From: Candidatus Palauibacter irciniicola
GTDB lineage: Bacteria; Gemmatimonadota; Gemmatimonadetes; Palauibacterales; Palauibacteraceae
NCBI GenBank assembly: GCA_009836005.1
Contig: VXWG01000010.1
Location: 1,879-65,878, forward strand
Length of the DNA: 64,000 bases
Reading direction: 5' to 3'
Positions 18,313 to 26,347 of this stretch are shown piece after piece (position 1 is the stretch's first letter; each line of letters opens with the position of its first letter). Made by a program: the position numbers and the translations under genes. Below the pieces are notes generated by a model that saw nothing but the letters and a program-made list of their open reading frames with translations, did no database searches and had not been told where the DNA came from.

Positions 18313-19463
18313 AATCGAGCGAACTGGAACGGGCGCACGCCCTCGAGGTCTTCCCCAAGCGGGACTTGACCATCGTGCGGGGCGAGGGCGCGTGCGTGTG
18401 GGACGACGAGGACCGACGCTACATCGATTGCGTGGGTGGCATCGGCGTGGCGAGCATCGGCCACGCCAACCCGGCGGTCGCCGAGGCGGTGGCGGAGCAG
18501 GCGCGCGTGCTCGTGTCCTGTCCCGGGATCTTCTACAACGACGTCCGGGCGCGGTTGCTGGCCGAACTCGTTTCCATCGCGCCGGCCGGGCTCACGGGCG
18601 CCTTCCTCTGCAACTCCGGGGCGGAGGCGGTGGAGGCGGCGATCAAGTTCGCGCGGCTCGCGACGGGGCGGACAGGGGTCGTGTCCGCGATGCGCGGCTT
18701 CCACGGGCGGACGCTCGGAGCGCTGAGCGCGACGCACAAGAAGGAGTACCGGGAGCCGTTCGGGCCGCTTGTGCCGGGGTTCTCGTTCGTGCCCTTCAAC
18801 CACGTCGAGAAGCTGCGCGCGGCCGTGGGCGAGGACACGGCGGCGGTGATCGTCGAGCCGGTGCAGGGAGAGGGAGGCGTGCGGCCGGCCAGCCCGGACT
18901 ATCTGCAGGCGGCGCGCCGCATCTGCGACGAGGCCGGTGCGGTGCTGGTGTTCGACGAAATCCAGACGGGCTTCTGCCGCACCGGCCGCATGTTCGCCTG
19001 CGATCGCTACGGCGTCGCGCCGGACGTCCTCTGCCTCGCCAAGGCGATCGCGGGCGGCGTGCCGCTGGGGGCGGTCCTGGCGCAGGAACGGCTGCAGCCG
19101 CCGCCCGGGCGGCACGGCACGACCTTCGGCGGCAACCCGCTCGCCTGCGCCGCCGCCCTGGCCGCGATCCGGTTCATGCGGGACGAGCGGCTCGACGAGC
19201 GGGCCGAGGCGCTGGGCGCCCGCTTCAGCGAGCGCTTCGCCCGACACGGGCCGGCCCGCGTGCGCGCCGTGCGGCAGGTCGGCCTCATGATCGGCGTCGA
19301 ACTCCGCGAGCGCTGCCGCCCCTACCTCGAGCCCCTCGCGGAGCGCGGCATCCTCGCCCTTCCGGCCGGCACCACGGTCATCCGGCTGCTACCGCCCCTC
19401 GTGATCACCGAAGCCCAGATCGACGAGGTGGCGGACACGCTCGCCCGGGTCCTGTCCGATTGA
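18309..19463 (+). CDS. lysJ: [LysW]-semialdehyde aminotransferase (LysJ/ArgD), class III PLP
   Basis: CNSGAEAVEAAIKFAR, GFHGRTLG, EPVQGEGG, FDEIQTG, LAKAIAGG, HGTTFGGNPLA. ATG 18309 overlaps the lysZ stop. Confidence 0.92.
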   Translation: MKSSELERAHALEVFPKRDLTIVRGEGACVWDDEDRRYIDCVGGIGVASIGHANPAVAEAVAEQARVLVSCPGIFYNDVRARLLAELVSIAPAGLTGAFLCNSGAEAVEAAIKFARLATGRTGVVSAMRGFHGRTLGALSATHKKEYREPFGPLVPGFSFVPFNHVEKLRAAVGEDTAAVIVEPVQGEGGVRPASPDYLQAARRICDEAGAVLVFDEIQTGFCRTGRMFACDRYGVAPDVLCLAKAIAGGVPLGAVLAQERLQPPPGRHGTTFGGNPLACAAALAAIRFMRDERLDERAEALGARFSERFARHGPARVRAVRQVGLMIGVELRERCRPYLEPLAERGILALPAGTTVIRLLPPLVITEAQIDEVADTLARVLSD

Positions 19464-19481
19464 CGCTCCGGGCCGACTCCC

Positions 19482-22088
19482 TCAGCGGGCCGGCGTCAGA
19501 CGAACGGTCGCCGGGACGCGGCCTTCTCCCTCGGCGAACTCGACCTCGATGACGCCAGCGCCCCGATCCGAGACGAGGGCGGCGCCCTGCATGACCGTCG
19601 ACACCACCGGGGTGCCGAACGACGCGATCCGGTAGGTGTGGCCGGCCGTCCCTTCCAGGGAGAGACGCCACGCATCCGCCTCGGCGTCGAAGTCCAGAAT
19701 CCGCAGGCCGGTGCTCGTCCGGCCGGGCTCGAGGTCGACGCGGGGCGGGGCGACCGCGAGCCCGCCTTCCCACGCCACGACGATCTCCGCCCGGTTCCCC
19801 GCCGGCGCCGCATCCCCGACGGTCACTTCGAGGATTCCGTCGGGCGACAACTCCGCGGTGGCCCCGTTCACCCGGAACGTCACGTTGTGCGCCCCCGCCG
19901 GCACGTCGGGCACGAACTCGAAGGTCAGAGGCGGTCCGGAGGTCGTAAGCGTCGTGCGCCGCCCTCCGCCGCCCGCCGTCCACCGTTGCAGGATTTCGAC
20001 GTCGGTCGTCGTCCCCCCGGCCCGGAGCCGCCTCACCGCCGCCTGCGGCCAATCCGGCGGGAGTTGCGGGGCGAGCCGGGCCCTGCCGAGGGGAGCATCG
20101 GGTTCCCAGCCGATGACGCCGCGCAGTAACGGTGTCACCAACGCCGAGGTCGCGAAGAACTGGTGGGGGACGGTCTGGTCGAGGGGCTGGTAGAAGGTGC
20201 CGGAGAGCAGCTCCGGATGGCGCCCCAGGCTCCAGTCGAAGGTCATCTGCTTCACCGCGTTCACGAGGTGGAAGCCCGCCCATGGACGCCGGTACCGGTA
20301 CTGGGCCCACGACACGTATCCCGTCACGAAGGGCCACACCGTGCCCATGTTGTACTGGAGCGGGTGATACAGTTCGCTCTCCGTCGAGAGCATGTGGGCG
20401 CCCCAGTCCGACGAGATTCGGTCGCCCGCGAGCCGGACGAGGGTCGATCGCGCGCGCGCCCCGTCGAACAGGCCGAACGCGGCCGCCGTGGCGGGCCACA
20501 CGGTCAGGTTGTCGTTGGTGCCGCCGTCGGCGAGGATCCCGAACGCATGGTGCCCCGCCTCCTCGAGCCAGTACGCATCGTTCAGGCTCGCCCGCGCGCG
20601 GGGAGCCATCTCCCGCGCCCGATCCGCGATCTCGGCATCGCCCATGCGCTCCGCCAGCGCCGTGGTCCCCTCGAGGGCCGCGGTCCAGACCCCCGCCAGG
20701 TAGACATCCTGGTGGAGCGCCGCCCCGAGGCCGCCGACCTCGACCGCCGCGAGCCCGCCCACCGTGTTCTCGATGAGCCCGTCGCCGTCCGTCTCGGCGC
20801 TGAGGCACCATTCCCACGCGCGCCGGTAGGCGGGCCACAGCTCCCGCAGGAGTTCGTCGTCCCCGCTGGCCCGCCAGTACTCGTAGAGCGCGACCATCCA
20901 GTACGGGGTCGTGTCGGCGTGGTAGTACGTGTACGGATACACGTCGAACCACGGGATGCGCGCGGCCGCCTGGGAGATCTCGTGCGTGATCTTGCCGTCT
21001 TCGCGCTGGTATCCCGCGAGAAAGGCGAGTTCCTCCGCCACCAGTTCCCACTGCCCGAGCGCATCCATGGCGAAGCTCGTCTGCGCCGCGTCGCCGCCGA
21101 AGAACCAGCCGAAGCCGGGACGCGTCCCGTTGCGCGACAGGCCCCAGCCCGCGACGAACCCGCACCCGAGGTCGGGATTGCAGACGCGCTGCTCCTCCAG
21201 GTTGATCTTCGCCCACTCCAGGGCGAGATCGAGCCGTGGCTCCGGCGACTCGATGGAGACGGTGGAGGCGAGCACCGAGTCGGCCCAGGCCCGCTTGGCG
21301 CCGTACAGCGAGCGCGCCTCGGCGATCAGCCGATCGTAGCCGGCGAAAACCTCCTCGCGGGGCGCGGTTCCGCCCGTTACCGCGATCGGGATGAACTCCC
21401 GTCGCGCGCGTTCCGGGTCGACCGGGATCACCATGGTGCGCGGCGCCTCGCCCAGTTGATGAGCCGGGTGCTCCACGGAGTTCACGGCCCACGGCGACCC
21501 GACGACGGCGTTCGTCTCCTGCAGGCTCTCGGACAGCACGAAGGCGCGCCGGTCCGCGTCCCAGTAGGCGTACTGCCCCCCGAGCGACCCCGGCCACATG
21601 TAGTTCAGCACGGGCTCGAACTCGGCGACGATCTCGAGCGGTTCCGGGCTGTCCACCTCGAGCAGGACCAGGAGGCCGGGGAGCTCGGCGGGCGCAAGGA
21701 TGTGCTGGCGCACCTGGAAGGCCGCGTGGCTGTAGGCGATCGTCGTGAGTTCGGGCCGCACGTGCACCGTGCGCGCGACGGCGCTACCCGGAATCGGCGC
21801 TCCGTAGGCCGGGGTCGAGAAGCCGAGCCGGAACCGGTTTCCGACCTTGAGGGGGTGGATCCACAACTCCGCCTCTCCGGTCTCCAGGCCGAGCCACGCC
21901 GAGCGGGGTCCGGTCACGCCCAGGTATTCGCCGGGACGGACGGGGCCGGTGAGTTCGATCGGCGACGCTGCGATCTCGAAGCGCGGAACCCCGGCCGCCG
22001 TCTGGCCGGAACCGTTCGCCGGCAGGCCGGCGGTCATCGCGGCCAGGAGCATGAGAAGCGAGATGCGCGACGCGGGATCCAGAGTCAT
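19482..22088 (-). CDS. Exported (alpha/alpha)6-barrel glycoside hydrolase (glycogen-debranching/amylo-alpha-1,6-glucosidase-like)
   Basis: Signal peptide. GWFFGGDA, YQREDGKITHEI, YYHADTTP, DGDGLIEN, YNMGTVWPF, PELLSG and HQFF motifs. Confidence 0.75.
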   Translation of the reverse strand: MTLDPASRISLLMLLAAMTAGLPANGSGQTAAGVPRFEIAASPIELTGPVRPGEYLGVTGPRSAWLGLETGEAELWIHPLKVGNRFRLGFSTPAYGAPIPGSAVARTVHVRPELTTIAYSHAAFQVRQHILAPAELPGLLVLLEVDSPEPLEIVAEFEPVLNYMWPGSLGGQYAYWDADRRAFVLSESLQETNAVVGSPWAVNSVEHPAHQLGEAPRTMVIPVDPERARREFIPIAVTGGTAPREEVFAGYDRLIAEARSLYGAKRAWADSVLASTVSIESPEPRLDLALEWAKINLEEQRVCNPDLGCGFVAGWGLSRNGTRPGFGWFFGGDAAQTSFAMDALGQWELVAEELAFLAGYQREDGKITHEISQAAARIPWFDVYPYTYYHADTTPYWMVALYEYWRASGDDELLRELWPAYRRAWEWCLSAETDGDGLIENTVGGLAAVEVGGLGAALHQDVYLAGVWTAALEGTTALAERMGDAEIADRAREMAPRARASLNDAYWLEEAGHHAFGILADGGTNDNLTVWPATAAAFGLFDGARARSTLVRLAGDRISSDWGAHMLSTESELYHPLQYNMGTVWPFVTGYVSWAQYRYRRPWAGFHLVNAVKQMTFDWSLGRHPELLSGTFYQPLDQTVPHQFFATSALVTPLLRGVIGWEPDAPLGRARLAPQLPPDWPQAAVRRLRAGGTTTDVEILQRWTAGGGGRRTTLTTSGPPLTFEFVPDVPAGAHNVTFRVNGATAELSPDGILEVTVGDAAPAGNRAEIVVAWEGGLAVAPPRVDLEPGRTSTGLRILDFDAEADAWRLSLEGTAGHTYRIASFGTPVVSTVMQGAALVSDRGAGVIEVEFAEGEGRVPATVRLTPAR

Positions 22089-22143
22089 CGCCCGTATTCC
22101 TCACTTTCGCGAAATCCGTTGCGGCGGGCCGCCACCACTCTAG

Positions 22144-22180
22144 TTGACGCACCGGCGGGACCGAAACCAAGTTCGCCCGC
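22144..22180 (+). promoter_or_regulatory. Putative sigma70 promoter for a leaderless Rieske gene
   Basis: TTGACG-18 nt-CAAGTT-7 nt-ATG(22181). No SD. Confidence 0.4.
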
Positions 22181-23224
22181 ATGGCTACGTACAGCGATGA
22201 GCTGCCGCCGTTTCCCGAAGGCTGGTATTTCATCGGACACCGCAAGTCGATCGAGCGCGCGAAGCTCATCGAAAAGACGTGGATGGGCGAGGAAATCGTC
22301 GCGTGGGCCGACGAAGAGGGCCGCATCTGCGTGGCGGACGCCTTCTGTCCCCACCTGGGTTCGCACATGGGACCGACGACCGGCGGCCTGGTGCGCGACG
22401 GCTGTCTCGTCTGTCCCTTCCACGGGTTCGAGTTCGATGCGACCGGCCAGTGCGTGGCGACGCCCAATGCCCCGCCCCCGAAGGCCGCGAGGTTGAAGCT
22501 CTACGAGACCCGGGAGATCCTCGGCATGATCTTCGCATGGTGGGGGAGCGGCGGCCGGGCGCCTCAGTGGCACCTGCCGGATGAACCTCCCACCGGCGCG
22601 GACTGGACCGGATTGCGCTCCACGATCCTCCGGTTCCGGGGCCACCCCCAGGAAACGACGGAAAACTCCGTCGACGTGGAACACCTGGAGTACACGCACG
22701 GATACCACGACGTGAAGCCGACCGACTTCTCGGTCGACGGCGCCTACCTGAAGAGCTGCTTCGACTTCAAGGCGGTTCGCCGGATCCTGGGTCTGGTGGA
22801 CATTCATTCCGAAGTCTCGGTCATCACGCACGTCCACGGAGTCGGCTATTCCTTCGTCGAGATTTACGAGAAACTGGTCGGCATAAAGTCGCGCATGTGG
22901 GTGCTCACAACGCCCGTCGACGGCGAATTCGTGGAGTTGACGATGGTGAATCAGGTGCGGGAGGTCCGTAAGCCGGGGCGGTTCATCTCGGGCCTGGGCT
23001 TCCTGCCCGTGCCGCTGCGCCACCGGCTGCTGAATGTCTTCATCCTGCGCGAGGAGAGGCGGTTCGTCCTGCAGGACATCGTGATATGGGACAGGAAGCG
23101 CTACCGGTCTCCCCCCCGGCTGTGCCGGACGGACGGCCCCATCGGGAAATACCGCCGACACTGCCGACAGTTCTATCCGGACCCGGCGATGGCGCCTCGA
23201 AGCCCGGACCGCAACGCCGACTAG
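22181..23224 (+). CDS. Rieske non-heme iron oxygenase/desaturase, Neverland/DAF-36/KshA-like (sterol-acting family)
   Basis: FPEGWY, Rieske CPHLG...CPFHG, mononuclear Fe motif ENSVDVEHLEYTH, and C-terminal QDIVIWDRKRY-x2-PP-x-L-x3-DGPIGKYRR-x3-QFY shared by cholesterol 7-desaturases and 3-ketosteroid 9alpha-hydroxylases. Confidence 0.85.
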   Translation: MATYSDELPPFPEGWYFIGHRKSIERAKLIEKTWMGEEIVAWADEEGRICVADAFCPHLGSHMGPTTGGLVRDGCLVCPFHGFEFDATGQCVATPNAPPPKAARLKLYETREILGMIFAWWGSGGRAPQWHLPDEPPTGADWTGLRSTILRFRGHPQETTENSVDVEHLEYTHGYHDVKPTDFSVDGAYLKSCFDFKAVRRILGLVDIHSEVSVITHVHGVGYSFVEIYEKLVGIKSRMWVLTTPVDGEFVELTMVNQVREVRKPGRFISGLGFLPVPLRHRLLNVFILREERRFVLQDIVIWDRKRYRSPPRLCRTDGPIGKYRRHCRQFYPDPAMAPRSPDRNAD

Positions 23225-24274
23225 CTAGCAGCCCGTGGACTGCCAGGGTTTGCGCGCCAGGAAACAGTACAGGGGCGTGAAGATGCCCGTCTTGCCGCCC
23301 GCGACGTAAGCCTCCGCGGTTCGGTCGAGGAGTCGAACCACCTCCGCCGAGCCTTTCGGAAAGAGCCGCAGCAACTCGGCCAGCTTCGACCCCGCGATGA
23401 ACGCCTTGCGGCCCCAGGGAAGCCTGCGCACCGCGGTCCCCAACGTCCCGTGGCGGCTCTCCATGGGTTGATACCAGGGCGTGGAAGGTCCTTCCCGGAC
23501 GTCCCAGTCGCTCCCCTCGATGACCTGGAATCCCGCCCCTTCGAGAGCGCGATTCACTTCCCCGAACGTGGCGATGTCGTGCAGCGCGATACCCCGCATG
23601 AGGTCCCGCTTGATGGTCCGGTGCCGGCGGTCCCGCGGGTCGAACCGGTCCGTCAGGCACATTTCCTGACCCCAGAACAGGGCGCCCGGCTTCAGTACGC
23701 GGAATATCTCCGCGAACGCGCCTTGCTTGTCCTGCGCATGGCACGTCGACTCTATGGCGTAACCCCCGTCGAACGAGTCGCCCTCGATGGCGCTCATGTC
23801 CTCGAAGCTGCACTTCCTGAAATCGGTCAGGTGCTCCAGCCCCGCCTCGGCGTTCAACTTCTTCGCCTCCGCCAGCTGGATCTCGTTGATGTTGATTCCC
23901 ACGGCCCTGACACCCGCCTCACGGACGACTCGGCGCATGGGGCCGCCGACTCCGCAACCGACATCGACCACCTTCATGCCCCGTTTCAGCTCCAACTTCG
24001 AGATCATCGCCCGCTGGTGCCGGACCTTGGACTCCTCCAGGCTCTCCTGGGGCGTGAGGGGCGCGAAATGCAGGGATTCACCCCAGCCGTACACCATGAA
24101 GCCGTTGCACAGCTCGTAGTAGTCCCTGACCGTTTCCGTATGGTCGTAGGCGCCCGCGCCCTCAGCCTCCGGTGCCGCCCGGTAAAGCCAGCCGTCGAAG
24201 TGCCGGACTCGACGCGCGACGCCCGATCCCGGGTGCGCATCTCTCAGCGCTTTCGACAGTTTGCGCAGTCGCAT
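23225..24274 (-). CDS. Sterol C-24 methyltransferase (SMT/Erg6-like)
   Basis: YYEL...YGWGESLHFA (region I), VDVGCGVGGPMR (SAM), YAIESTCHA (region III), EIFRVLKPG, and C-terminal GGKTGIFTPLYCFLARKP. ATG 24274 is 11 nt from the P450 stop. Confidence 0.88.
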   Translation of the reverse strand: MRLRKLSKALRDAHPGSGVARRVRHFDGWLYRAAPEAEGAGAYDHTETVRDYYELCNGFMVYGWGESLHFAPLTPQESLEESKVRHQRAMISKLELKRGMKVVDVGCGVGGPMRRVVREAGVRAVGININEIQLAEAKKLNAEAGLEHLTDFRKCSFEDMSAIEGDSFDGGYAIESTCHAQDKQGAFAEIFRVLKPGALFWGQEMCLTDRFDPRDRRHRTIKRDLMRGIALHDIATFGEVNRALEGAGFQVIEGSDWDVREGPSTPWYQPMESRHGTLGTAVRRLPWGRKAFIAGSKLAELLRLFPKGSAEVVRLLDRTAEAYVAGGKTGIFTPLYCFLARKPWQSTGC

Positions 24275-24285
24275 TTTGGGGGGGC

Positions 24286-26313
24286 TCAGGCGGGCAGCTC
24301 CCGCCTCTGCTCGGTGATGCGGAATCTTACCTTCTTGCTCGGCTTCAGCGACGGAACCGGATTGAAGCGGAGCTTCCGTGCGTACTTCGCCGGCGTCACC
24401 TCGACCGTGAAGTAGTGCGCCAGCATGAGCAGGTTGACCGCCAGGTGCATCTCCATCCAGCGGGTGCCGAGACATTTGTGCGTACCCAGCCCGTACGGGG
24501 CGAACCCGAGGCTGCGATGCTCACGACGCGACGGCAGGAAGCGGTCGATGTCGAACTTGTAGGGTTCGGGAAAGACATCGCTCATGTAGTGCGTGGCGGT
24601 CATGGCGATGTGGATCCGTTCCCCCAGGGGCAGCTCGTAGTTCCCGACCGTGCAGGTATTCATCACGTTCCGAACGGACATGGACACGATCGGGTACATG
24701 CGCATGCACTCCATGAGGAAGCGGTGCGTCACGTCGATGTTGGCGGGGGTGAAGTCCTCGCTCCCGGGGTCGCCGTTGGCAAACAGGGCATCCGCTTCGG
24801 CGCGGATTTTTTCGTAGAGGTCCGGCTGCGACGCCATGGAGTAGACCACGAGGCTGAACGTATCGCCGAGGTACACACTGGCGATCAGGGCCGCGGAAAA
24901 GGCGAAGAGCAGGTTGGACTCCGGGAGGAACCCCGGGTCGCTGGCGTGCAGGCTGAGGTAGTCGTCCACCAGGTTCCGCGGGCTGTCGACGCGCTGGGCG
25001 GGAGTATGGACGCTCAGGATCCGTTTCATCAGCGTGTCCAGGACTGCCGCCCGACGTCTCATGCCCGGGGTACGTAGCGTGAACTCGGGCAGGACCTTCG
25101 CGATGTGCACGCTCAGGGCCCGCTCCTTGTAGCCCATCAGGTCGCCCATGAGATCCTGCGTGTCGACGCCGATGAACAGCGGCGACAACTGGGCGTTCAC
25201 CATTGCCCGGCTCATGGACGTGGCGCGGTAGGAATCCCCGACCGTCAGGGTCGACATGTACGCGCGCCCCCTGCTGTATAGCTCGTCCATCTGCCCTGCC
25301 AGCCTCGTGCGGGAATAGGCCGGCGACAGGAATTTGCGAAGCCGGAAGTGGTCGGCTCCATCCAGGGCGGGCAGAACGCCGGCCGCGCCGTAGACTTTCT
25401 CGAAGTCGGCGAAGTAATCCCTGGTTCGCAGGTACATGCGCCCGCGCTTCTGCATCCACTCGTTCGTCTCGAGTCCGGCCAGGAAGATCATGCGCTTCGA
25501 GAAGGGAGGACGGATCTGGAACACCGGGCCGTACTCCTCCGCGAGGTTCGCGAAGAGCGCGTTCAGGTTGCCGTCCCGGACATGCGGGTTGCGCAGCAGC
25601 CTGGTCAGCGAAACCGTCGGAATTTTCTTCGCGAGAGCCGTGTGTCTGCGGATCGGGCCGACGAGGTTCTCGGAGACCGCGGCGGCGATGGAACGGCCGA
25701 TCAAGTCCAGCTGGCAGATGAACTTGATGCGCTCTTCCGCCGCTTCATCGAGTTCGAAGATCAGGCGAAAGACGTCGCAGGTGTTGACGAGGCACACGAT
25801 GACGACGTCTCTCGGTTCGGGAACCTCGTCGGCGAAGACGACGTTGCCGATGCGCGCCTTGATGAACTGGTCGGTCGCGCCTTCCTCGAACATCCCGTAC
25901 TGCTGCCGATGCATGACGGGAGGAGCCAACGTCCAGAATTCGCCTTCGTGGTGTTGGAGGATCCCCCGTTCAACCAGGCGGTCCAGGGTCAGGTCGACGA
26001 TCGACTCCGCGCGGGGGGCGAGCCGTTCGACCCAGTACCGGGCAGTGTGTTGGACCGGTTCGTCCGCAATCTCCTTCAGAATGGGATCCAGAACGGGGTC
26101 GCCCGTTTCGGCCCGGTCCACCACGTACAGGGATGTCAGATCCGAGTCGAGCCGCGACTGGAAGGAGAGTTCCGCCAGCACTCCGCCGACGACAGCGCAG
26201 TTCAGCTGCCAGCCGGGTACCTGATGGAAGTAGCCTCCCTTCTCGTCGAGAAGCATCAGGATGAGTTCGTCGACGAGGCTCAGGGATTCGACCTTCAGAC
26301 TCTCCACCGTCAT
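24286..26313 (-). CDS. GOLPH3/VPS74 (GPP34)-domain and cytochrome P450 fusion protein
   Basis: N-terminal ~215 aa LSLVDELILMLLDE...GGVLAEL...DPVLD...LVERGIL resembles GPP34. C-terminal P450 has ECMR (ExxR), FDIDRF and heme motif PYGLGTHKCLG. Start ATG 26313. Confidence 0.85.
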   Translation of the reverse strand: MTVESLKVESLSLVDELILMLLDEKGGYFHQVPGWQLNCAVVGGVLAELSFQSRLDSDLTSLYVVDRAETGDPVLDPILKEIADEPVQHTARYWVERLAPRAESIVDLTLDRLVERGILQHHEGEFWTLAPPVMHRQQYGMFEEGATDQFIKARIGNVVFADEVPEPRDVVIVCLVNTCDVFRLIFELDEAAEERIKFICQLDLIGRSIAAAVSENLVGPIRRHTALAKKIPTVSLTRLLRNPHVRDGNLNALFANLAEEYGPVFQIRPPFSKRMIFLAGLETNEWMQKRGRMYLRTRDYFADFEKVYGAAGVLPALDGADHFRLRKFLSPAYSRTRLAGQMDELYSRGRAYMSTLTVGDSYRATSMSRAMVNAQLSPLFIGVDTQDLMGDLMGYKERALSVHIAKVLPEFTLRTPGMRRRAAVLDTLMKRILSVHTPAQRVDSPRNLVDDYLSLHASDPGFLPESNLLFAFSAALIASVYLGDTFSLVVYSMASQPDLYEKIRAEADALFANGDPGSEDFTPANIDVTHRFLMECMRMYPIVSMSVRNVMNTCTVGNYELPLGERIHIAMTATHYMSDVFPEPYKFDIDRFLPSRREHRSLGFAPYGLGTHKCLGTRWMEMHLAVNLLMLAHYFTVEVTPAKYARKLRFNPVPSLKPSKKVRFRITEQRRELPA

Positions 26314-26347
26314 TTGTCGGTTCTCGCCTCGCCGCAGTCGACGTGCA

